Source: Candidatus Melainabacteria bacterium 17Bon1m (GTDB lineage: Bacteria > Cyanobacteriota > Vampirovibrionia > Obscuribacterales > Obscuribacteraceae). From it: a stretch of 64,000 bases of DNA. Shown in pieces: positions 19,964 through 28,738 of the stretch. The DNA lies in the NCBI GenBank assembly GCA_032128875.1, contig JAVLKG010000005.1, positions 96,001 through 160,000 on the forward strand, given 5' to 3'. Under the pieces are notes generated by a model, which made no database searches, had not been told where the DNA came from, and worked only from the letters and a program-made list of their open reading frames with translations. The position numbers and the translations under genes are program-made. Position 1 is the stretch's first letter, and the number at the start of each line of letters is the position of its first letter.

Positions 19964-20470
19964 TTACTTCGGATCGACCATGGACACGGCGGCGTCGGTC
20001 AGTTGCCCGTCGTCACCGTCTGCCTGCGGCACCGAGGCCACGTTCGCCCGCTTGGCGGTGGCGAAGTGCGATTCGGCGCGAACGATCATCGCTTCTGCCT
20101 GCTCGGTCATCTCGTCGATGACGACAGGAAGATAGGCGACGGCCGCTTGCTGGTTGATGCCGAACTGCTTCATCACTGCCTTGGCGGTGGATTCGGCGAC
20201 AGCGGACAGGCGTTCGATCACCTGCTGCAGTTCGTTGCGCTTGGTCGGCAGCGGCATGGACAGCGTCTGGACGTTGAAGCCCATCGACTGGCATGCGGTG
20301 CTGAGGATTGACGCAGCCTGTTTGGCGAGCGCCATGGCCACGAGCGATTCGCCGGCCACGACATTGTTGGTGCTCTGTACCAGCTCCATTCCTTCGGCAA
20401 AAGGTTCCAGCCGGTCGGCCAGAGCCTTGAGCTTGAGGAAGCGCGGGTCGAGCTTCGGTTTCAGTGACAT
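19964..20470 (-). CDS. Hypothetical helical protein
   Basis: GGGAG RBS, GC3 bias, co-oriented with the ter region. Confidence 0.7.
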   Translation of the reverse strand: MSLKPKLDPRFLKLKALADRLEPFAEGMELVQSTNNVVAGESLVAMALAKQAASILSTACQSMGFNVQTLSMPLPTKRNELQQVIERLSAVAESTAKAVMKQFGINQQAAVAYLPVVIDEMTEQAEAMIVRAESHFATAKRANVASVPQADGDDGQLTDAAVSMVDPK

Positions 20471-20546
20471 GGTTATACTCCCAAATTCCGGAGCGCTCTA
20501 AAGCGCTCCTAGTTGTGGCGCCGAACGCTGAATGCGCCCGGCGGTA

Positions 20547-20864
20547 TTACTTCTTGAACAACACCGCGTGCCCGCCCCGCTTCAGCGAGACGTAGCCGAC
20601 CGTAGCGAAGACGACGGCGATAACAGCCGAAGTGATGATGCGGATTTCGTCGGCGGGCGTCAGCCCTGCGAAGGGACCGATCATGCAGATGAACGACGCG
20701 CAGCCGATGAAGTAGGCGGCCGGCGGAGCGTAGATGTGCATGCGGGGAACGTCGCTGAGAGCCTGCGGGATGGACATCATCGTGGCCCACATGCCTGCCG
20801 TGGCCAGACCGAACGTGGCGATGACGATGATGAGAAGGGCGATGTTGAGATCGAAGAGCGACAT
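20547..20864 (-). CDS. Small membrane protein (about 3 TM)
   Basis: AGGAG RBS and three hydrophobic segments. Confidence 0.7.
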   Translation of the reverse strand: MSLFDLNIALLIIVIATFGLATAGMWATMMSIPQALSDVPRMHIYAPPAAYFIGCASFICMIGPFAGLTPADEIRIITSAVIAVVFATVGYVSLKRGGHAVLFKK

Positions 20865-21013
20865 GGTCGGCTCCTAAAGGTTGGAGGCATTTGGAACGCA
20901 TTCCCTGCGTCTGCCGTAAGCCCCCGGGTTGCGGGTGGAGCGCACTACATGTGGTGCGTAGTGCGCTCCGTCGAGCAAGGCGTATCGCCGTCAGATGGTG
21001 AGAGAACCTGGCT

Positions 21014-22057
21014 TTACGCCTGGCTCACCACCTTGCGGGTCTTGCGATTGAAGCGGATTCCCGTTTTCGGCTCGGGAATGTCGGCAGCCGTTGCGCTTCC
21101 CGTCGCCAGGCGAATCGCCCAGTAAGGAAGCAGGACACCGGTGAAGATGCCCCAGTGGATGCCGCCCGCCATGCGCGCATTGATTTCCAGCAGATAGCGC
21201 GTGCCGTCGTCGGCCTCGAGGAACTGCACGTTGTAGAGTCCGGTCAGACCGAGCAAGCCGGTGAGCGCTTCGGATTGCGCGACCAGGTCCGGGCAATCAT
21301 CGAGGAGTTCCTCGATGCCGCCCGGATACTTGACGCGCGTCACAGCCTTGACGAGCACGCCATCTTCGGCCAGACAGTCGACACTGTATTCTGGTCCGTT
21401 GAGATAGGGCATGACCATCATCTCGGGAAGGGGCGAACCTTCAGCGATGAGGTAGGCTTCCGTATCCGGCATGGTGAGCGGCTTGAAGTCGCCGTTGTGT
21501 GCATGCGGGTACTGGTCGCCGAGATCCGATACGATGCGGAATCCGTGACCGCCCAAGCCTTTGACGGGCTTGAAGCAGAGCGTCTGGAAGCGCTCGCGGT
21601 AGGTGCGAAGCGCCGCCATCACTGCCTCGATATCTGCAGCAAGCGTGTAGGGCGGAATCTCGATTCCCAGACCCCCTGCTTCCCGTACGACATCGTACAG
21701 CTCGGACTTGCTTTTCAGCAGGCTGATGGTGGCAGCATCGCCGGCGACGAGCACCTTGCAGCCCAGGGCGGCAAAGCGATCTTGCGCGGCAGACAGCGCG
21801 ATTGTGTAGCTGTGCGGGATGAGCACATCCACCTTTTCGCGAGCTGCAAATGCCAGAGCCCATTCCACATAAGCAGCTGCGTTTCCGGTCGGCTCGATTT
21901 CGAACGAGTCGGCGACCTGGGCAACAGCCGCGTCGGCGTTGACATGCGTACAGACGATGCGCATCTCTTCGCCATCGGCGAGGGATTGTCGAATCCCATT
22001 GATCAGGTGGACGGTCTGCGACAGTCCACGGTTAAACCAGACAGTTACCTTTTTCAT
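21014..22057 (-). CDS. ATP-grasp peptide ligase (Ter-associated)
   Basis: CFKPVKGLGGHGFR, MPYLNGPEYSVD, YNVQF, LLEINARMAGG. Confidence 0.9.
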   Translation of the reverse strand: MKKVTVWFNRGLSQTVHLINGIRQSLADGEEMRIVCTHVNADAAVAQVADSFEIEPTGNAAAYVEWALAFAAREKVDVLIPHSYTIALSAAQDRFAALGCKVLVAGDAATISLLKSKSELYDVVREAGGLGIEIPPYTLAADIEAVMAALRTYRERFQTLCFKPVKGLGGHGFRIVSDLGDQYPHAHNGDFKPLTMPDTEAYLIAEGSPLPEMMVMPYLNGPEYSVDCLAEDGVLVKAVTRVKYPGGIEELLDDCPDLVAQSEALTGLLGLTGLYNVQFLEADDGTRYLLEINARMAGGIHWGIFTGVLLPYWAIRLATGSATAADIPEPKTGIRFNRKTRKVVSQA

Positions 22058-22250
22058 TGTTGATCCTTACCTACGGTATGCAGCGAACTACCCGGGAGGT
22101 GTTCGCCTGCGGCGTCGCTATAGGCGTCACGAGGTCGCATATGCGTGGCGGAAGCGGGCTGGTTGCCGAACGCAGGTCTATTCGCGTTCGCCCAAAAACA
22201 ACCAACCCGCTTTAGATTCAGGGCACAGGCGCCCTGCACAGACAGCTGTC

Positions 22251-23162
22251 TTACTGCCCTTCGCGCACGCCGTACAGCTCGGCGCGCTCGATGATCGCCC
22301 GTGCCCACTTGGTGTGGGTGGTGGGCTCGCACATGCGGCCGTTCATCTTGAAGACGGCGGCGGCATCGGGCATGAGGATGCGGCGTGCTTCCTCGAGGTC
22401 GTTGGCGTCCACGCGGAAGCCGGCTTCGATGAGCCGGATCTGGTCCGGATGGATGGCGGTCTTGCCGAACAGACCCTGCAGGAGGTCGAGCTCGACTTCC
22501 TGCGCCAGCACCTCCGGATTGTTGATGCATTCGCAGACGGGCGCGGTCAGACCGAACCCGAACGGAATGAACTCACCGGACAGACGCTTGATCACCTCGC
22601 CGACCGGAGTGTCGTAGATGGTGCGGCGCGGGTCGCGGCGGACGCCGACGCAGTGCAGCAGGTCGTTGCCGCCGATGCGCAGCGCCAGGATGCGGTCCTT
22701 GGCGATGTCGTCGTTCTGCAGCAGCTCACGCAGCTTGCCCATCTCCTTGGCGTTGAAGACTTCCTTGGTCTCCAGCGTGGGCATCAGCTTGAAGGGGTCC
22801 TTCTCGGTGAGCATGGCCAGATACCGGGGCATCGAGCTGGCCGTGATCTTGGGCAGCACGAAACCGTCGACGCGCTGGATGCCGCGCATGCGCACGCACT
22901 TGCCGAGCACCTCGGGGTTGCGCACACGGATGAAGCGCATCGGATGGTTCGGACCATCCTCGAAGTGCTTGAGCGCCTTGTGGATGTTGCCGATGGCGTA
23001 TTCCAGCTCGTCGATGCGCACGGCGTCTTCCAGGCAGAAGATGACGGAGCGCAAGAAGGAATACTTCTGCCCGTTGGCGATGGCGACGATGTTTTCGACC
23101 GGCTGGGTGCAGGGCACGTACATGCTGGCGCCCAGGTGAATCTGCGAGCGGTTCTGAGTCAT
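22251..23162 (-). CDS. HpcH/HpaI aldolase / citrate-lyase-like protein (Ter-associated)
   Basis: LGASMYVP, IFCLEDAV, FIRVRN, GFVLPK, RIGGNDL, GKTAIHP. AAAGGA RBS before ATG 23162. Confidence 0.9.
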   Translation of the reverse strand: MTQNRSQIHLGASMYVPCTQPVENIVAIANGQKYSFLRSVIFCLEDAVRIDELEYAIGNIHKALKHFEDGPNHPMRFIRVRNPEVLGKCVRMRGIQRVDGFVLPKITASSMPRYLAMLTEKDPFKLMPTLETKEVFNAKEMGKLRELLQNDDIAKDRILALRIGGNDLLHCVGVRRDPRRTIYDTPVGEVIKRLSGEFIPFGFGLTAPVCECINNPEVLAQEVELDLLQGLFGKTAIHPDQIRLIEAGFRVDANDLEEARRILMPDAAAVFKMNGRMCEPTTHTKWARAIIERAELYGVREGQ

Positions 23163-23267
23163 TTGTGCGTTTCCTTTATAGCTAAGGTTGAGAGCACTTT
23201 CGTGCGATCCAGTTACGAGAGAAGAGCGGTAGTCGGCGATTCGTTGTGATTCGCTCACGACGCCCTC

Positions 23268-24347
23268 CTACTCGCCGACGGATTTGATGATCACGGCAGC
23301 TCGGTACGGCATGTCCGAGATGCGCTCGACGTGGACGTCCTTCTCATCGGCCAGGCGCAGCAGATGCTGCACGTCTTCGGCGGTGTTGTCCGCGACCAGA
23401 AGCCGGTCGGGAACGCGACGCAGCATCGCGCGAGTGGACTCGCCGATACCCGGTTTGACGTGGTTGCGCTCGGCGTCGTAGCGCGCCATCATGGCGGCGA
23501 CGAAGTCGGTCGAGACCTGGTTGAGACTGCGCCGCTTGCCGTCCGTCCACTTCGTCTGCTTGGCGAAGCTGAGAGCGGTGATGACATGCGGCGTCATCTC
23601 GTCGACGTAGAAGCGAGACAGGTCTTCTCCCTGCTTCTCGCCGTAGAACGCGCAGGCGTGGAAGTCACCCGGCTGGACGTAGAGGTCGCTCAGCACCGTG
23701 CGGCTGACCAGACCCGAAACAGTAGCGTTCAGCACCGCATTCGGTATCAGGTAGTCTTCCGCGGTGGCGGCGACGGTTGCCGAGCCGGCCAGGTCGGCGA
23801 GGACCCAGAGCGAAGGGTCGACGCGCTTGCCGCGGCTCTCGTTGTATGCCGTGACCGAGCGCAAGAGCTCAGCCGTGATCACACCTTTGCCGGTCCAACC
23901 GTCCACAAAGACGATGTCCGTGTCCTTGTGGTGTGCGCAGATGTAGTCGAGCGCCTCCCAGTCGATGCCGCGGTCGCGGATGATGGAGACGCAGTAGTGC
24001 TTGGACTGGCGTCCGAGCACATGAAGGGCGCGATGGATGAGCACGCCGACCGGAGTACCGGCCCGGGCGAGGCTCACTACCACCACTTCACGACCCGGTC
24101 TGACTGCCATCGTGGCGGCGAGGTCCGCGATGTGCTGTCCCATCTTCTGAGAGTTCATCGCGAGCGCCCGGTGGAAGAGGCGGAGGTAGTCAGCGGTGGG
24201 GGACTTTTCGTCGGAGAGCATCTCCGAGTAGTGGGTCCCCGCCTGGATCAGGCGCTCCTTTTCGGCGACGTCGGTAGTGGCGATGTCGACCACCTTGAGC
24301 AGGAAGGTGACGTCGCCCGGCTCGTAGCTGCCAGAAAATCTCATCAT
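23268..24347 (-). CDS. StiP-like PRTase/cysteine-protease-family protein with C-terminal PELOTA-like domain (Ter-associated)
   Basis: FSGSY, HYSEML, SLARAGTPVG, SIIRDRGID, FVDGWTGKG, VKPGIGESTR. ATGA overlap with the upstream gene. Confidence 0.88.
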   Translation of the reverse strand: MMRFSGSYEPGDVTFLLKVVDIATTDVAEKERLIQAGTHYSEMLSDEKSPTADYLRLFHRALAMNSQKMGQHIADLAATMAVRPGREVVVVSLARAGTPVGVLIHRALHVLGRQSKHYCVSIIRDRGIDWEALDYICAHHKDTDIVFVDGWTGKGVITAELLRSVTAYNESRGKRVDPSLWVLADLAGSATVAATAEDYLIPNAVLNATVSGLVSRTVLSDLYVQPGDFHACAFYGEKQGEDLSRFYVDEMTPHVITALSFAKQTKWTDGKRRSLNQVSTDFVAAMMARYDAERNHVKPGIGESTRAMLRRVPDRLLVADNTAEDVQHLLRLADEKDVHVERISDMPYRAAVIIKSVGE

Positions 24348-25114
24348 TTGTTTCCTCCAGAGTTTCCACGGATCATGTCGATGAACGCTCGCGAGTTCTG
24401 CGTGCGGTTCGGCATGAAGATGTAGTCGCACTCAGCCATGAAAGGCGCATCGGTGAGGCTGTCGCCCATGCCGATGGTGACCGCGCCCTTCGGTACGATG
24501 TTGTCGATGAACCAGCGGGCCGCCTTCTCCTTGCCGATGTGCGGCGGATAGACAGCCAGGAAGTTGCCGTTCAGATGCACGGTGTAGTCGGCAGGGACAG
24601 CGCCCAGGACGACCTTGTGCAGGACGGCGAGCTCTTCCAGATTGCGCTGGTTGTGCTTCACCGAGAGGAACATGTCGATGCCGTAGTCTGAGAGCACATT
24701 CGCACGCACGTCGATGCCGGCAGCTTTCGCTTCGGTCTGAACGAGCGTGAGCAAGCCGGCGAGAACCGGCTTGGCCGCTGCAGCAGGTGCCTCGACGAAG
24801 TTGCGCCACTTGACCAGCGGCTGCCCGTTGGCACCAAGGACGGTGCCACCGAAAGCGGTGATGGCGTAGCGCCGGAACGGCAGGCGGAAACGCCGCATGG
24901 CATCAGTCGAGCGAGCCGTGGTCGGAACCACCTCGCAGCCGGCCTGGAACCAGTCGAGCATCACCTTCTGCTTGGGTGTGAGGAAACCGCACACCTCGCC
25001 CTTGTTGTCCCAGGCGATCGGCTTGGCACCGGGGACGTCGGTTTTGCGGCCGGTGGCGATGAGATTGTCATCGACATCAGCCAGCAGAAAGATTTGACGA
25101 TTGGACTTTTTCAT
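24344..25114 (-). CDS. HAD-superfamily phosphatase (Ter-associated)
   Basis: DVDDNL, PTTARS, GKEKA, GMGDSLTDAPFM. Confidence 0.9.
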   Translation of the reverse strand: MKKSNRQIFLLADVDDNLIATGRKTDVPGAKPIAWDNKGEVCGFLTPKQKVMLDWFQAGCEVVPTTARSTDAMRRFRLPFRRYAITAFGGTVLGANGQPLVKWRNFVEAPAAAAKPVLAGLLTLVQTEAKAAGIDVRANVLSDYGIDMFLSVKHNQRNLEELAVLHKVVLGAVPADYTVHLNGNFLAVYPPHIGKEKAARWFIDNIVPKGAVTIGMGDSLTDAPFMAECDYIFMPNRTQNSRAFIDMIRGNSGGNK

Positions 25115-26388
25115 AGATACATCTCCACAGTCTCGGCGCCGAGCTCACGCACGAGCGCACCGTCCACGGAGCCTTGCGGCGTTTCGTGGCAGATGAGCAC
25201 CCGGTCGTAATCCGTGCGGCGCGCGTTGTAGATGAAATTCACAATCCCGTCGCCGTAGTTGTCCGTGTGTTCGACACGGCAGCCGATGGCGAGTTCGGGA
25301 TTGACCAGAATCGGCGAGCGAGTCGTCGACTGATAGAAGACGTTGAAGCCGGAACGCTCCAGCGCCTCCGCAAGGAGGAAGGGCGGGTAGGCGAATTCGC
25401 CCGTGCCCAGAACGAGGAACTTCTCGCCGTGCTGCCCGTGCGCGCAGATGTTGGCGGGCGGGCAGGCGACCGACGCGACGGCGTCTGCGATGCAGCGCAT
25501 GGCCGCTTCGTCGACGTTGTAGAAGTCCGCCGGCAGTCCGAGCCTGCCGAAATTGCTGGGCAGCATCTCGTCGCGAGCCGCGTTGGAGCCAGTCACCTTC
25601 GGCATCTCGACGAGCTTGAGCGTCGGCGACGGGGTGAACTGGTACTCGCCATGCAGGATGGCGATGGTGGACGCCGGAACAGGCATCGCCGCCAGCGTGT
25701 CTTCTGTGCGCTTGGGACCACGCCAATCGGTGATCACGCCGGTGACGACGTGCTGCACCTTGGGCATGATTGAGGTCATGTTCTTGACGAGATTGACGAA
25801 GGTCTTGCCGGTCGACGCCTCGTCGTCGATCAGCACCAGCGACTGCGCGCCGTAGAACATCGCCTTGAGAGCGGCGTCTTCGGGCTCGTAGATGATGTGG
25901 TCGGCGGCGTGCGAATGCTCTTCGAGGAACTCGATGGCCACCGGCTTGTCGAGCCTGTAGCGCGTCGACTGGGTGAACATCACGTCCTTGCGACCGGTGA
26001 GCCGGACATATTCGTCGAAGACCCCGTTGCCTAGGCAGATGGCGGTTTCGGCCATGCCGATGACGACGACGGGTCCGGGCAGGTCAGCCGGGATTTGCGC
26101 CGCCAGCTTCGTGTGCACTTCGCGCACCTTGGACGGGCGCACGGGAATGTGCTTGCCCAGGACCTTGGAGACGAAGAGGAAGCCGCGCTTCGGGTTCTGC
26201 CGTGCGGCGAAACCGCAGATGTCGGCAAGCGGCATCTCGGTGCGGAACACCTTGATGTCGAGGCGGCCGGTGGGCAGCTCGACACTGTGCGATTCCTTGG
26301 CCACGGGGGCGGCAGAATCGATGACCAACCGACCGGAGCCCATCGACGTGTGACGTCCGGTATCCGTAACATGAGTTGCGTTGAACAT
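25111..26388 (-). CDS. Phosphoribosyltransferase with TRSP domain (Ter-associated)
   Basis: RQNPKRGFLFVSKVLGKH, GMAETA, EEHSHA, LIDDEASTGKT, LGTGEF, STTRSP. AAAGGAG RBS before ATG 26388. Confidence 0.9.
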   Translation of the reverse strand: MFNATHVTDTGRHTSMGSGRLVIDSAAPVAKESHSVELPTGRLDIKVFRTEMPLADICGFAARQNPKRGFLFVSKVLGKHIPVRPSKVREVHTKLAAQIPADLPGPVVVIGMAETAICLGNGVFDEYVRLTGRKDVMFTQSTRYRLDKPVAIEFLEEHSHAADHIIYEPEDAALKAMFYGAQSLVLIDDEASTGKTFVNLVKNMTSIMPKVQHVVTGVITDWRGPKRTEDTLAAMPVPASTIAILHGEYQFTPSPTLKLVEMPKVTGSNAARDEMLPSNFGRLGLPADFYNVDEAAMRCIADAVASVACPPANICAHGQHGEKFLVLGTGEFAYPPFLLAEALERSGFNVFYQSTTRSPILVNPELAIGCRVEHTDNYGDGIVNFIYNARRTDYDRVLICHETPQGSVDGALVRELGAETVEMYL

Positions 26389-26686
26389 TTTGGGTTCTCC
26401 TTTTAGACATGCGGAACACTGGTGTGTGTCCCCATGCGCTTTCGCGCTGGGTTTGCGCAAAAGCGCATTGCACGGACAGCCGGCAGGAGAGATTCAAGTT
26501 CTGCTCAATGCAAGAACCAGAGCCTCTCCATGCCGGCATGACCGCAGGATTGAACTTCACGGACGTCTCAGAGTAAGACGCCGCGGTGACGAGTTTGTCT
26601 TTCAACTACACGTCGCTTACAGCGGCGCTTGTCGGGCGACTCTAAGGGCGATTTCGATCACGAACCGGCAGTTGCCGATTCTGCAT

Positions 26687-27004
26687 TCAGCGTGTGGAGT
26701 TGGCGAGACGCCGCTGGCGGCGCGCCTTGAACCACTGATCGGTCTGGCGCTCGCGCCGGCGCAGCTCGGGCTCCAGCCAGCCGACGTAGGGCAGCAGCAC
26801 CTTCCAGGCGAAGAGGAAGATGGGGATGATCATGCACGCCGTGGCGGTGATGATCATGATCCAGGGGTTGATGCCCGCGGCCTTCATGGCTTCGCCGACC
26901 GGCTTGGCCAGCCCGAAGATGCCGAACAGTTCGACAGCCGCGATGCTGACCATGAGGATGAAACCGTGCATCAGGCCGAAGCCGATGTTCTTCAGAACTT
27001 GCAT
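26687..27004 (-). CDS. Small membrane protein (2 TM, basic tail)
   Basis: Two hydrophobic helices, Arg-rich C-terminus, GC3 bias. Confidence 0.65.
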   Translation of the reverse strand: MQVLKNIGFGLMHGFILMVSIAAVELFGIFGLAKPVGEAMKAAGINPWIMIITATACMIIPIFLFAWKVLLPYVGWLEPELRRRERQTDQWFKARRQRRLANSTR

Positions 27005-27294
27005 GATGTGTCTCTTTCGAGTTTGTGTTCAGTCCTGGTGTGTGTTGTCGTTCAGGCAGAGCGCTTGCAACTGTAGAAGTTTCTTCTTCTCTCTGGCTGA
27101 AAAACTACACGCGATCTTTGCTGCAGTCGGAGCATGCTGAACATTCCGACTGCACTAAAGATGGCGCGTAACTAAATGGGTTTCTGTCATGAGCCTTCCT
27201 TGACATCGCGCGGCAAAAAAATATTCTCGGGCGACAGTAAAAACGCCTAGATCGCGCGCGTTGCAACACGCGAAAAAAAATTCGCGCATGCGCG

Positions 27295-27334
27295 TAAAAC
27301 AAAGCTCTGGCGACGCCCTTCAGGGCGTCACCAG
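27295..27334 (-). terminator. Intrinsic terminator-like hairpin downstream of terC and the small peptide
   Basis: On the minus strand CTGGTGACGCCCT-GA-AGGGCGTCGCCAG, followed by AGCTTTGTTTT. Confidence 0.55.
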
Positions 27335-27379
27335 GCTTTGCGAAGTTGCGCTACCTGCCGAATAGCAGGCTGGCTTTTT

Positions 27380-27454
27380 CTATCGGCGACGGCCGAACAG
27401 CAGCCAGAGTACGAGAATCAGGAGCAGGAAGCCTGCGGCGCTGATCTTTTGCAT
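27380..27454 (-). CDS. Candidate 24-aa single-TM peptide MQKISAAGFLLLILVLWLLFGRRR
   Basis: Manual translation. GGAGGA RBS 9 nt upstream of the ATG; hydrophobic core and RRR tail. Confidence 0.6.
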   Translation of the reverse strand: MQKISAAGFLLLILVLWLLFGRRR

Positions 27455-27565
27455 AGGAGTGTCTCCTCCGGGCGTTATCCCGGTTTGAAAGCCTTTGTTG
27501 AGCAAGACGCACGATATGCTGCATTGCTGCAGCATACCGTGGTCCGCATGGGAAGCCCGGCGACC

Positions 27566-28393
27566 TTAGTGGTTGCCGTTGCCTTCCTTCTTCTTGAACA
27601 GTCCGACGATCAGCCCGAACAAGCCGGTGATCGGCTTGATAAGCGAGTCGACGAGTTCGGCGATGTTGGCCATCACCTGACCCAGCCACTTGAAGGTGGG
27701 GCTCAGGAGGCGCTGCAGGAAGGGCACCTTGTCATAGATCATGCCGAAGGCGATGATGCCCATGATGGTGCCGAACTTCTGCATGCCGTGGAACTCGAAG
27801 TGGAAGAAGTACTCGGTCACCAGGATGACGCCGATGAAGCCGACGAGCACGTAGGCGATCTTGGCGAGGATGGGGAACTTGTCCAGCAGCTTGATGAAAG
27901 CGCCGGCCACGAACCGCATCGCCAGGATGCCGATGAACACGCCGAGCACGACCACCCACATCTTGGGCGACAGGGCGACAGCCGCAATGACGTTGTCGAT
28001 GGAGAACGCGAGGTCCGCCAATTCGACCGCAGCGACGGTGGCCCAGAAGCCCGCAGCCTTGGACTGGTGCGCATCACCTTCACCCTCTTCGCCCACACCC
28101 AGGTGCGAGCACATCAGGTAGATGAGGTAGCCGCCGCCGACCAGACGCACCCACGGGTTGGCGATCAGGAAGCCGACGAACAGGAGGGCGACGCCGCGCA
28201 GGACGTAGGCGCCGATCAGACCGGCCTTGAGGGCCAGGCTCTGCTGCTTCTCGGGAAGGTGCTTGACCATGGCCGCCAGGACCAGGGCGTTATCGACGCT
28301 GAGCAGGCCTTCCAGGATGATGAGCGAGAGGATGATCGGCCCGGCAGAGATCAGTTCCGCCATCGACGGAACATGAGACAGGAAACTTTCCAT
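27566..28393 (-). CDS. terC: TerC-family membrane protein
   Basis: LEGLLSVDNALVLAAMVKHLP, GAYVLRG, ELADLAFSIDNVIAAVALS, GILAMRF. AAGGAG RBS before ATG 28393. Confidence 0.92.
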   Translation of the reverse strand: MESFLSHVPSMAELISAGPIILSLIILEGLLSVDNALVLAAMVKHLPEKQQSLALKAGLIGAYVLRGVALLFVGFLIANPWVRLVGGGYLIYLMCSHLGVGEEGEGDAHQSKAAGFWATVAAVELADLAFSIDNVIAAVALSPKMWVVVLGVFIGILAMRFVAGAFIKLLDKFPILAKIAYVLVGFIGVILVTEYFFHFEFHGMQKFGTIMGIIAFGMIYDKVPFLQRLLSPTFKWLGQVMANIAELVDSLIKPITGLFGLIVGLFKKKEGNGNH

Positions 28394-28686
28394 TGAGTTG
28401 CTCCTTAAGAGTTCGCGTCTGCGAACTTTGGCCGCGCGGCACCGCACTTCAGGCGGATGCGTTGCAGCGGTTGATGAAAGGACATGGGCGAAGGTGCTTT
28501 TGGCGGCTTCCAACACCCATCTCGGGACGAGTGGTCTATTGCTAGAACCACGCGGCGGCCAGGTCCTGGACTGGGACCTTTCCGCGCAAACGCCTACGGA
28601 CACTCCGGCTAGGCCGGTGCAATCGGTCCGTCGGTCGGTTTGGGGAGCACCACATTCAGTGGCGTGATGCTGCCCAAGCCGAACGA

Positions 28687-28729
28687 ATAAGAAGAAGAAA
28701 CGGTGCCCGCAGATGCGAGCACCGTTTCT
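28687..28729 (-). terminator. Intrinsic terminator after the 646-aa gene
   Basis: On the minus strand AGAAACGGTGCTCGC-ATCT-GCGGGCACCGTTTCT, then TCTTCTTATT. Confidence 0.65.
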
Positions 28730-28738
28730 CCCGAATCA

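Noticed and set aside
28400..28686. yybP-ykoY Mn2+ riboswitch upstream of terC
   Set aside because: Its conserved sequence blocks could not be matched by eye; kept only as an unassigned structured leader.
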